From assembly GCA_043228905.1 (NCBI GenBank), contig JBHGNT010000020.1:1922001-1986000 (forward strand): 64,000 bases of DNA, in the 5' to 3' direction. The stretch is from Azolla caroliniana (lineage: Eukaryota > Plantae > Polypodiophyta). The notes beneath the pieces are model-generated. The model worked only from the letters and a program-made list of their open reading frames with translations, was not told the origin of the DNA and searched no databases. Both the position numbers and the translations under genes were made by a program. Within the stretch, counting starts at the first letter, position 1. Every line of letters begins with the position of its first letter. This document shows positions 36,740 through 48,900 of this stretch, piece after piece.

Positions 36740-39700
36740 TGTTGGGATTACGGTCCCTCCGGATGGGATGGTCGGATGTCCGGGAATCGGGAATGAAGAC
36801 CCGAATGATGAAGACCCCGGCTACGGAGTCGGATGATGAAGACCCCGGCTACGGATGATGAAGACCCCGGCTACGGAGCCGGATGATGAAGACCCCGGTT
36901 ACGGAGCCAGATGATGAAGACCCCGGCTACGGAGCCGGATGACGAATGTACCCGGAGAGAGATCCGGATGCGGGGACATATTTGTGAATATGTTTGCCAA
37001 GGGCCCTTGAGGCTATATTTGTAAATAGCCCGAAAGTCATATGTGTATAAATATGACTTAGGGCAAACAGTTTTGGTTGTTGCTCATTTTTCTGTTTTCA
37101 CTTAGAGGGAGTGAAGAGAGCAGCCGAGAGAGAGAGTGAGAGAGAGAGACGAAGAGGTCGCTGCCTCTGTGTATTACCGCCGCTTGTGGCGAAGATAGTG
37201 AGCTCAAGGTTGTTGCCTTGTAGCTTCACCATTGTACATCTCTGTTTGTAGTGCTAGTTGGAGTTTGAGGACTCCCGTGGTTTTTCCCATTTAGGGTTTT
37301 CCACGTAAAACATCCAGTGTACCCTTCTCTCTATTGTCTTCGTGCATTTTGTATTTCCTGTTTTCTGTGAGTTAATCCTATTCCACGGTTGTGGCCGAGC
37401 ACCGTTGTACAACATTTGGTATCAGAGCGACGGTAACACAGAAAATGGAAGGCGGCAGTAGCGGGCAGCCGGGGATGATGGTGCTGAATGCGCAGAACTA
37501 CGCCGACTGGAAGATAAAGATGGAGGATCTGCTCATTGTTCGGGACCTGTATGAACCGATCGACAGGTCGGAAATACCCAAGGGGGTACTTGAGACGGAA
37601 TGGAGGCTTCTGAACCGGAAAGCCGTTGCAACCATTCGGCAATACGTCGACGTGAGCGTTCTACAACACGTGGCGAACGACACCAACGCATATGAGATGT
37701 GGCGGAAGCTGTCGGGCCTCTACGAGAGGAAGAATGCGTTGAACCGGACCTCCCTGATGAGGAAGATAGTGAACCTCAAGTACCGGGACGGCGAGAGTAT
37801 GGTGGAACACGTAAGCACGTTCATGGGATTCGTGAACCAGCTTGCGGCGATCAAGTTTCCGTTGGAGGATGCAATGCAAGCCATCATCCTGATGTGTACA
37901 TTGCCGGAAAGCTGGGAGAACTTGGTGGTGACTCTCAGCACCTCCTGCACCGAAGATAACTTGTCCCTACAAACGGTAAAGACAAGTATTTTGAACGAAG
38001 AAGCGCGTCGGAGAGATAAAGAACCGGCCTCCGACTCGAAGGCGCTGCTTACCGAATCGGAATGGGGAAGACAACGGAACCGGAGTCCGCAAAGACGGGA
38101 GAAGTCGGGGACCCGGTCGCAGTCAAGAGGAAGGCCCACATGCTTCCACTGTGGGAAGCCGGGGCACTTCCGGAAGAATTGTCGGCATTACCGAAAAGAC
38201 AACGGAGCCGACGACACTGATTCGAAGAAGTCACCGGAGCGAAACGGTGCATACCGGGGAGCCATGGACCGGAGAGGTCCGGATCGGCGAGGGCAGGACC
38301 GGAAAGGAACGACGGCACTCGCGGCAAGTGAAGAAGAGATAATGCTCATTACCGAAGAGAGGGAGGTGAACCTTGCCGGTGAAGAGATGACCTGGGTGGT
38401 CGATTCCGGAGCGTCGTTCCACCTGACCCCGGAGAAGAAATACTTCTCATCCTACACAGCCGGTGAGCACGGCTGTGTCCGGATGGGAAATGAAGGTACA
38501 TGCCGGATTGCCGGCATAGGAGACGTGTGGCTGAAGACATCAACCGGATGCAAGATGCTGCTGAAGGATGTTCGACACGTTCCGGAGGTTCGATTGAACC
38601 TGATTTCGGCCGGGAGGCTAGACGATGAAGGCTACACGGGTAGCATCCGGAACGGTGTCATGAAGTTCAGCAAAGGGAGCCTGATAGTGGCTCGGGCCCG
38701 GAAGGTCAACACACTGTACCTGATGAATTCCCGGCTATGTCCGGAGGAGCTGAACGTGGCAGCTGACACTACCGGTGAGCTGTGGCACAAGAGACTGTGC
38801 CACATGAGCGAGAAGGGGATGAAGAGGCTTGCAGAAGACAACCTTATTCCAGTGAAGCATGTGCATCTGGAGAAGTGCACCGATTGCCTGGCCGGTAAGC
38901 AGAACCGAGCCTCCTTCCACTCAAGGCCACCGACGAGACGTAGCGCACCATTGGAGTTGGTGCACACTGACGTGTGTCAAGTAGAAACAAAGTCACATGG
39001 CGGAGCCCAGTACTTCGTGACATTCATTGATGACCACAGCCGGAAGCTGTGGACGGCACCGTTGAAGACAAAGGACCAAGTATTGTCCGTCTTCAAAGAA
39101 CTCCATGCGAGAGTGGAAAGGGAATCCGGCAAGAAGCTGAAAGCGATACGAGCTGATAACGGAGGGGAATACCGGGGGCAGTTCGAGGAGTACTGTCGCT
39201 CGAAGGGAATCCGGCTCGAGTTTACTGTGCCGAAGACGCCGGAACTGAACGGGCTGGCCGAGAGGATGAACCGGACCATAATGGAGAGGGTCCGGAGTAT
39301 GCTGGCGCATGCGAAATTACCCAAGGGGTTTTGGGCTGAGGCAATGTCGACGGCGACATACGTGATAAACAGATCACCCTCAGTACCTTTGGACGGAGAC
39401 ACGCCGCAGAGAGTGTGGACCGGTAGGGAATTATCCTACCGGCATCTGAAGGTGTTCGGGTGTCTCGCATATGTGCATGTTGCAAAGGACCGGAGAGGAA
39501 AGCTAGATCCAAAGACCCGGCCATGCATATTCCTCGGTTACGGCGATGACGAGTTCGGCTACCGAGTATGGGACCCGGTCGACAAAAAGATATTCCGGAG
39601 TCGTGATATCATCTTCATGGAGGACAAGACACTCGCCGACTGGGAGTCGGAGAAGAAGATGAAGAGCTCCAAGTCGACCGGTGAGGATCAACTCTACGAG

Positions 39701-41570
39701 GAGCAGTCCCGACCGGCAAGGGACCGGTTAGCACTCGAGGATCCGGCCGAAGACGGTGAAGAAACAGAACCGGCTGAGGAAGATGAAACTGATACCGGAA
39801 CCGGCCCCCATCCCGAAATGGATTCGGATGAAGAGGAAACGGAAGGGCCGGTTACCGAAGCTCCGGAACGGAGATATCCTCTAAGAGAGAGAAGGGCCCC
39901 CCGGAGATTTCCGGAACCAGAGCACGTGCTGCTAACCGACGAAGGGGAGCCGGAGAGCTTTGAAGAAGCAAAGCTTGACACCCATAGCCGCAGGTGGTTA
40001 AGTGCCATGCAGGAGGAGATGGATTCCCTGCATGAGAACCACACATATGAACTTGTGGAGTTGCCGAAAGGAAAGCGGGCACTTCGAAACAAGTGGGTGT
40101 TCAAGCTGAAACCGGGAGATGCCGGAAACCCCCCGAGATACAAAGCCAGGATCGTGGTGAAGGGGTTCCAGCAGAAGAAGGGCGTCGACTTCGACGAGAT
40201 ATTTGCCCCGGTAGTGAAGATGATCTCCATCCGGACGGTGCTGAGCATAGCGGCAAGCATGGACCTCGAGGTAGAACAGATGGACGTGAAGACGGCATTC
40301 CTTCACGGTGACCTCGAAGAAGAGATCTACATGCAGCAACCGGAAGGATTCGAGAAGAAAGGGAAGGAGCACTTGGTATGCCGGTTGAAGAAGAGCCTTT
40401 ACGGGCTGAAGCAGGCTCCCCGGCAATGGTACCGGAAGTTCGACTCCTTCATGACCGACGAAGGGTACCACAAAACGCAGTCCGATCACTGCGTGTTTGT
40501 GAAGAAGTTCGAAGGAGGAGACTTTCTAATACTCCTCCTGTACGTGGACGACATGTTGATCGTCGGACGGGACCAGGTCAAGATACGGATGCTGAAGAAA
40601 GCGCTTCACCGAACCTTCTCAATGAAGGACCTGGGTCCGGCGAGGCAAATACTAGGGATGCACATCATCCGGGACCGGAAGAAGAAGCAGTTGTGGCTGT
40701 CACAGGAGAAGTACGTGACAAAGGTGCTTCACCGGTTCAACATGTCGGAAGCAAGACCGGTCGGGTCAACCCTCCCGGCAAACTGCAAGTTGTCCAGCAA
40801 GCAAAGCCCCAAGACAAAGGCTGAGAAGGAGGACATGATGAAAGTACCATATGCCTCTGCCGTCGGAAGCTTGATGTACGCAATGGTGTGTACAATACCG
40901 GACATAGGATATGCAGTCGGAGTGGTGAGCCGGTACATGAGCAATCCCGGCAAAGAGCACTGGAACGCGGCCAAGTGGATACTCCGATACCTGAAGGGCA
41001 CGACAAACGTGTGCCTCCGATTCGGCTCCGGTAAGCCCGAACTCGACGGCTTTACCGATTCGGATATGTCGGCTGATGCAGATACCAGCCGGTCCACATC
41101 AGGGTATGTGATGACGTATGCAGGGGGAGCTGTTTCGTGGCAGTCGAGGCTGCAGAAGACGGTTGCGTTGTCAACCACGGAGGCGGAGTACATGGCGGCT
41201 GTTGAAGCCGGCAAGGAAATAATATGGATGAAGGACTTCATTAGAGAGCTCGGTATCCGGCAGGAGGAGTACCGAGTACTCTGCGGTCAGATGCCATCCA
41301 CCTTGTGAAGAACGCGGCCTATCACTCCCGAACGAAGCACATCCAGCGAAGATATCACTGGATCCGGGAAAGGATAGAAGACCAGGAATTCGTGCTGACG
41401 AAGATCCACACGGACGAGAACGGGTCAGATATGCTGACCAAAGTGCTCACACCCGACAAGCTGGAAGCGTGCTGGAAGAGGGTCGGACTGGAAAGACATC
41501 CCATGCCGAAGTGAAGGGGGAGTTTGTTGGGATTACGGTCCCTCCGGATGGGATGGTCAGATGTCCGGGA
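36740..41570 (+). mobile_element. Young Tork-like Copia element E; 3' LTR cut by the gap
   Basis: 5' LTR 36740-37414; PBS 37417-37428; PPT 41513-41522; 3' LTR starts at 41525. Confidence 0.96.
37445..41513 (+). CDS. E gag-pol polyprotein; open for about 1280 codons with one frame break near 41270-41300
   Basis: Single ORF with CCHC, DSGASFH, integrase DDE, YVDDML and RNase H. The break is close to the contig end. Confidence 0.88.
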
Positions 41571-41670
41571 NNNNNNNNNNNNNNNNNNNNNNNNNNNNNN
41601 NNNNNNNNNNNNNNNNNNNNNNNNNNNNNNNNNNNNNNNNNNNNNNNNNNNNNNNNNNNNNNNNNNNNNN
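41571..41670. other. Assembly gap (100 N)
   Basis: Run of N. Confidence 1.
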
Positions 41671-44328
41671 ATACTTCCCTACCGGTCCACACTCTCTGCG
41701 GCGTGTCTCCGTCCAAAGGTACTGAGGGTGATCTGTTTATCAGCGTATGTCGCCGTCGACATTGCCTCAGCCCAAAACCCCTTGGGTAATTTCGCATGCG
41801 CCAACATACTCCGGACCCTCTCCATTATGGGTCCGGTTCATCCTCTCGGCCAGCCCGTTCAGTTTCGGCGTCTTCGGCACAGTAAACTCGAGCCGGATTC
41901 CCTTCGAGCGACAGTACTCCTCGAACTGCCCCCGGTATTCCCCTCCGTTATCAGCTCGTATCGCTTTCAGCTTCTTGCCGGATTCCCTTTCCACTCTCGC
42001 GTGGAGTTCTTTGAAGACGCACAACACTTGGTCCTTTGTCTTCAACGGTGCCGTCCACAGCTTCCGGCTGTGGTCATCAATGAATGTTGCGAAGTACTGG
42101 GCTCCGCCATGTGACTTCGTTTCTACTTGACACACGTCAGTGTACACCAACTCCAATGGTGCGCTACGTCTCGTCGGTGGCCTTGAGTGGAAGGAGGTTC
42201 GGTTCTGCTTACCGGCCAGGCAATCGGTGCACTTCTCCAGGTGCACATGCTTCACTGGAATAAGGTTGTCTTCTGCAAGCCTCTTCATCCCCTTCTCACT
42301 CATGTGGCACAGTCTCTTGTGCCACAGCTCACCGGCAGTGTCGGTTGCCACGTTCAACTCCTCCGGACACAACCAGGCATTTATAAGGTACAGTGTGTTG
42401 ACTTTCCGGGCCCGAGCCACTATCAGGCTCCCCTTGCTGAACTTCATTACGCAGTTCCGGATGCTACCTGTGTAGCCTTCATCGTCTAGCCTCCCGGCAG
42501 AAATCAGGTTCAATCGAACCTCCGGAACGTGTCGGACATCCTTCAGCAACATTTTGCATCCGGTCGAGGTTGTCAACCACACGTCTCCTATGCCGGCAAT
42601 CCGGCACGTACCCTCATTTCCCATCCGAACACAGCCATGCTTACCGCCTATGTAGGATGAGAAGTATCTTCTTTCCGGGGTCAGGTGGAACGACGCTCCG
42701 GAATCGACCACCCAGGTAGTCTCATCGCCGGCAATGTTTAGTTCACCTTCTTCGGTGATGAGCATGATCTCCTCTTCACTTGCCGCGAGTGCCGTCGTTC
42801 CTTTCCGGTCCTGCCCTCGCCGATCCGAACCATTCCGGTCCGTGGCTCCCCGGTAAGCACCATTCCGTTCCGAAGACTTCTTCGAATCGGTGTCGTCGGC
42901 TCCTTGTCTTTTCGGTAATGCCGACAATTCTTTTGGAAGTGCCCCGGCTTCCCACAGTGGAAGCATGTGGGCCTTCCTCTTGACTGCGACCGGGTCCCCG
43001 ACTTCTCCCGTCTTTGCGGACTCCGGTTCCGTTGTCTTCCCCGATCCGATTCGGTAAGCAACATCTTCGGATCGGAGGCCGGTTCTTTATCTCTCCGACG
43101 TGCTTCTTCGTTCAAAATGCTTGTCTTTACCGTTTGTAGGGACAAGCTATCTTCGGTGCAGGAGGTGCTGAGGGTCACCACCAAGTTCTCTCAGCTTTCC
43201 GGCAATGTACACATCAGCATGATGGCTTGCATTGCATCCTCCAACGGGAACTTGATCGCCGCAAGCTGGTTCACGAATCCCATGAACGTGCTTACGTGTT
43301 CCACCATACTCTCGCCGTCCCGGTACTTGAGGTTCACTATCTTCCTCATCAGGGAGGTCCGGTTCAGCGCATTCTTCCTCTCGTAGAGGCCCGACAGCTT
43401 CCGCCACATCTCATATGCGTTGGTGTCGTTCGCCACGTGTTGTAGAACGCTCACGTCGACGTATTGCCGAATGGTTGCAACGGCTTTCCGGTTCAGAAGC
43501 CTCCATTCCGTCTCAAGTACCCCCTTGGGTATTTCCGACCTGTCGATCGGTTCATACAGGTCCCGAACAATGAGCAGATCCTCCATCTTTATCTTCCAGT
43601 CGGCGTAGTTCTGTGCATTCAGCACCATCATCCCCGGCTGCCCGCTGCTGCCGCCTTCCATTCTCTGCACTGCAGTCGCTCTGATACCAGATTGTTAGAA
43701 ATTGACGCTTTCAAAACCTTCACCTCTCGGCCACAACCGAGGAAACACGAATCAATGCAGCAGTAAATCGAAAACACAGAGAGAGACTCGAATGCACAGG
43801 GTTTAGCGTGGAAAACCCTAGACGGGGAAAAACCACGGGAGTGGCAAGACTCCAACTATCACTATACGCAGGGAATGTACAATGGCGAGCTGCAAGGCGA
43901 CGACCTTGAGCTCGCTGTCCTCGCCATAGGCGGCGGTATTACACAGAGGCGTCGACCTCTTCCTTTCTCTCTCTCTCACTCTCTCTCTCGGCTGCTCTCA
44001 CTTCGCTCCCTCTAAGTGGAAAACAGAAAAATGAGCAACAACCACAAAACTGTTTGCCCTAAGTCATATTTATACACATATGACTTTCGGGCTATTTACA
44101 AATATAGCCTCGAGGGCCCTTGGCAAACATATTCACAAATATGTCCCCGCATCCGGATCTCTCTCCGGGTACATTCGTCATCCGGTTCCGTAGCCGGGGT
44201 CTTCATCATCCGGATCCGAAACCGGGTCTTCATCATCCGGTTCCGATACCGGGTACTCCTCAGTCGGGTCTTCATTCCCGATTCCCGGACATCTGACCAT
44301 CCCATCCGGAGGGACCGTAATCCCAACA
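41671..44328 (-). mobile_element. Tork-like Copia element F (5' half; the rest is in the gap)
   Basis: 5' LTR 43693-44328; PBS 43678-43689; gag ATG at 43661, nearly identical to E. Confidence 0.94.
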
Positions 44329-45162
44329 CCACGGTCCAGGAAATGTATTTTCCTCGGTTATGGACTAGATGGCTAAATGGGATTGTCGCCGAGTAGGCCT
44401 CTAGCACTTCGTATACCTCAGGAATTATGGACCGGTAGTAAGCCAAACTACCACAAGCTGAGGATTTTCGGATGTGAGGCGTATGCCCCCATCCCGAAAG
44501 ATGATCGCCGCAAACTTGCACCACGGTCCAGGAAATGTATTTTCCTCGGTTATGGACTAGATGGCTAAATGGGATTGTCACCGAGTAGGCATCTAGCACT
44601 TCGTATACCTCAGGAATTATGGACCGGTAGTAAGCCAAACTACCACAAGCTGAGGATTTTCGGATGTGAGGCGTATGCCCCCATCCCGAAAGATGATCGC
44701 CGCAAACTTGCACCACGGTCCAGGAAATGTATTTTCCTCGGTTATGGACTAGATGGCTAAATGGGATTGTCGCGGAGTAGGCCTCTAGCACTTCGTATAC
44801 CTCAGGAATTATGGACCGGTAGTAAGCCAAACTACCACAAGCTGAGGATTTTCGGATGTGAGGCGTATGCCCCCATCCCGAAAGATGATCGCCGCAAACT
44901 TGCACCACGGTCCAGGAAATGTATTTTCCTCGGTTATGGACTAGATGGCTAAATGGGATTGTCGCGGAGTAGGCCTCTAGCACTTCGTATACCTCAGGAA
45001 TTATGGACCGGTAGTAAGCCAAACTACCACAAGCTGAGGATTTTCGGATGTGAGGCGTATGCCCCCATCCCGAAAGATGATCGCCGCAAACTTGCACCAC
45101 GGTCCAGGAAATGTATTTTCCTCGGTTATGGACTAGATGGCTAAATGGGATTGTCGCCGAGT
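44329..45162 (+). repeat. 192-bp tandem array (about 4.3 units) of D integrase sequence
   Basis: CCACGGTCCAGG recurs at 44329, 44521, 44713, 44905 and 45097. Confidence 0.97.
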
Positions 45163-45329
45163 CTGGGACCTCGAACATAGATAGATTGTCCGAAGTTCGG
45201 ACATCGTGTTCAATGAGTCGGGCATGCATCAATCGGTCGACAAGCCGATCGAAGTCCGAAGGGTAACCTTTTCTGATGTGCCAACCCTTCCCGAAGGCCC
45301 ATCACACAACACACGGGCAGCCTCACGGA

Positions 45330-45950
45330 CATGACCTGATATCGCTCACGCCATTGCAGTCGTCAGTAGATTTATGCATAATCCCGACCGATCGCACTGG
45401 AACACAGTCAAGCATGTGTTCAAATATTTGGTGGGCACAAAAGACCTTGGTATTCTATTCGGTCCGAACGACATCTTAGGCATAGTAGGATATACCGACT
45501 CTGACTTTGCGGGCTGCAAAGGCAATCGTAAATCGACAACCAAATATTGTTTCAAATTTGGTAATGGAACCTCTCATGGAAATCGAAACTTCAGGAGTGC
45601 ACTGCCACATCAACGACTGAGGCCGAATACATAGCCGCATCCGATGCGGCGAAAGAGGCCTTATGGCTCGGTCGGCTGACGACACGTTTCGACAAGCCGA
45701 AATCGGCTCGACTCCAATTGTGTACCGTGACAGTCAGGGTGTTGTTGCTTGGTTGAAAAATCTGGTTCATCACAACGCCTCCAAGCATATTGACGTTCGA
45801 TGTCATTTCGTTCGGGACTGCATCATTACAGGGAAAATCGGTCTAGAGAAAATATCGACAATTGATAATGTCGCGAACACATTAACCAAGTGCCTTTCAG
45901 TGGATCGATTTCGATCCCTTCGGCATCGAATGGGCGTAATGAAGAATTAG
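45330..45950 (+). pseudogene. D RT-end/RNase H remnant
   Basis: PDIAHAIAVVSRFMHNP, GYTDSDFAG, KHIDVRCHFVRD, ANTLTK. Confidence 0.88.
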
Positions 45951-48900
45951 TCCGATTAAATCAGACACTCAACATGTTTCTCGGATAATAGACTTGGATA
46001 GTTCGAACTTCGACTTCAGTCTCTTCGAAGTCGGCCAATATGGCCTTTTGCTCTTCGGAGTTCACCGACTCGAACGAATTCTCGATTTTTCGTAAATCTT
46101 ACATATCAATTTGTGTTGTACATTCATTTCGGTCTATAGATTTCAAATGTATACGTCCATTACGGGCTTTTAATGGACGTATACATACCGTCTCCTTTTG
46201 TACACACTAGCCTTAGGCTATTTATGAAAATAGTGAGAAGGGCAGTTGCCATAAGTCAGTCAATATATAAACTAACTTCGTAACCTAGTTAGTGGTTATT
46301 GGTTTAAGTTGTAATATATACTCTTTACATTGTGCCTAACTCTTTGTCTCTCCTCTTCGACTGTACTTGTTGTATTGTTTGTCTTTGCTGCTATAAAAGG
46401 TTACAATCTTGTATCCACTAACGATCTTATAGGAGCTTATAGAAGGAGAGTGTCGATCTTGTTCTGCATTAGATGATGACGATCCCAACAGTAGGTAGCT
46501 AACCTCATTGGAGGATCATTTGATTACGTCGAGACTATAATCTTGTGGTAAATAGAAATTTTGTGCAAGCATGCGTTAGTACCAGGTATGAATCCAAGCC
46601 CATAGTGGTGGTATGGGACTCTATTAAGGTGTCGGACATGTCTTGATCCCTTCACTCAAGAATGGTCTAGTGAATCAACGCCCTTTTTTCTCTCTCTGCC
46701 TCTTCATTTTCTTATCGGTTTCCTTATTTTCGTGCTTATATTACATAGATCCCTAACAAGCTAACCTAACCTAATATTTAAAACTAGAACCGAGGCCCTT
46801 TGGCAAGTTGACAATTGGACCTTAAAAGGGTTATCTCAATCCTTGGAATTAAAAGTAATCCTCCCTTCTTTACATTCTCGATTAACCCTCAAAATCTTCT
46901 ACTTAGGCATAGAAAATTACAATAAAAACTACCACAGGATAAGTCATGGTTATGCTTGTAACACATTACAAGGCATCATGGGTTATGTTGGCAATTTCCA
47001 TTTCTTTATTGAGATATTTACAAAAAATCACAACCTTTAACATACGATATCATGGAAATACATGCCTACATGTGAAGTTTAAGTGAGACCATTGAGGATG
47101 TAACTACAGAAGATGACATTGTTGTCGATGAAGAGTTACGAAGTTTTCCTGTCTTGATCAGTCTTGGGTATACTAGTAGGTGTGAGTCATGGAGGAAAGT
47201 GTATAAATGACAAGTCTTACTTTTCCATTTAGGGTAAGGTTCGGCCCCACCCCACCCCACCACGTCGTACCGTGCGTGCACCAAAAAGCACTACAATTCT
47301 GCACCATCTTGACTTCCCCCAATACACAGACGAAGCAAAAAATGTCTTGTCACTCCAAATCCATGAATTTCGCCCATCAATTTATGGGAACATTTAGTTC
47401 GGAATGGCAATAATTCAAATAAATTATATCAATAGATGCATGTAATTTAATCTTAGAAGCCTTGATAGTAGTATGAGATGCAACTACAGATACATACTAA
47501 TAACTATATTGTAAGTACGGTGAAACTCAGTTAATGCCTTTCAGACATATATTATATAATGTGTTGTAAGCAAGCAAAGCTATGAAGGTGGGAGGGACCG
47601 AAAGCATCTAGCTCGTGTTTGTTGGTTGTAGAGTGTAGTTATGAAGGTAGGAGAGGAGGAGGGACATGGTCAATGGACATAGGTTCAACACAAATTCTGT
47701 GGGAATGAAGCATCAAAAGTTTTGAATATGGGTGTGCATGCATATTATATTGGCCAAGAAAGAAAGAATGCATTTGGTGATGTTTTAGGCCGCTCACACT
47801 CCTTGTAAAGACCCGATGGTCACCAAAAATGTATATTCTATGGCTTGTGTAGTCATCATTCAATGCCACATGCAACTCATGAAGTTGCTTGTTTAACTTT
47901 TGTTTCTAAATATTTGAGCATAAATTGTTTAACTAATGTAGGAGGTGATGGTGGGGAAGATGGGAGGATGTGTTTTAACCTAGGATAAGGAAATGTGTCT
48001 CATGTTTAGAGAGGGGATAATCAGAGTGGTTGTGGATCCTACTATTAATTATAGGTTTCCTAAGGTTCGTGGTTGTGAGTCCAAATTTTGGTTCGTGGTT
48101 TTCTAGTATGTGAGTCTGTAGTGTATGGGGAGAAGGGGAAATGTGAGTTTGTTCTACCTAACCACATGTACATATTACGTGTTGAAGGGGGCCTATCTAG
48201 TATGTAAAAAAGATGTTTACAAGGGTGTAAGACATCTAATTTGTTGAGCATGCCTCTGTACTTGTTTTTTGGTTTGGATGTATAAACTAGAGTTTTAGTT
48301 GGGGGGTGATGATTTATTTTAGTTGTTACATAAGTGAAGGGTATGTTCACTAACGTTAAAAAGGAGACTAATGTGATTGGATAGAAGGAATGATAGGTGC
48401 ATGCACTATCATGATTTGGACAACCAATGAATGGAGAGCCTTTTAGAAAGGCACATCTATTCAAGGGGCCTAGGAAAAGGTATAAATATGAGGCTTAGTT
48501 ACCCTCCTAAGCACATTATGTCCAAAGGCTGCTGTCTTGGACACCGGTGGTGCGGGCTAGGTTTTCGTCACGACGATCGTGTTAATCTCTTTCAAGGTAT
48601 TAATCATCCTAATATCTAGTAGTATGGGACGTTGGTGGTATGTTGGCTATGTCTTGATCATAGCTCGGAGGTGGTCGGGTGGAACGAGTTCTTCTATTCG
48701 ATATATTTACCTTATTTTATTTTATTGGTGTATTGATTAGTAATAGACTCTTAATAGTCTCGAAACAAGCTCAAAACATGGTTGGGACTAGAGAGATCAA
48801 GCCATAACAATGATTCATTATCATTAAGATTAAGCAAGATTACAATGGGGGTTTACTACAAGCTCCTTAGAGCCAAAATGTTTTAGGAGAGTGAGAGAGA

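Larger units (their letters stand above)
35064..46490 (+). mobile_element. Old, deleted Copia element D (RT core missing), host of E and F
   Basis: Direct repeats 35071-35377 and 46161-46462; TG at 35064 and CA at 46490 with flanks GCAGG/GTAGG; gag 35923-36739; INT remnant 44329-45325; RNase H to 45950. Confidence 0.8.

Noticed and set aside
44096-45232. 378-aa repeat protein as a novel gene
   Set aside because: It is the antisense frame of tandemly amplified integrase DNA and runs into an LTR, with no independent coding evidence.
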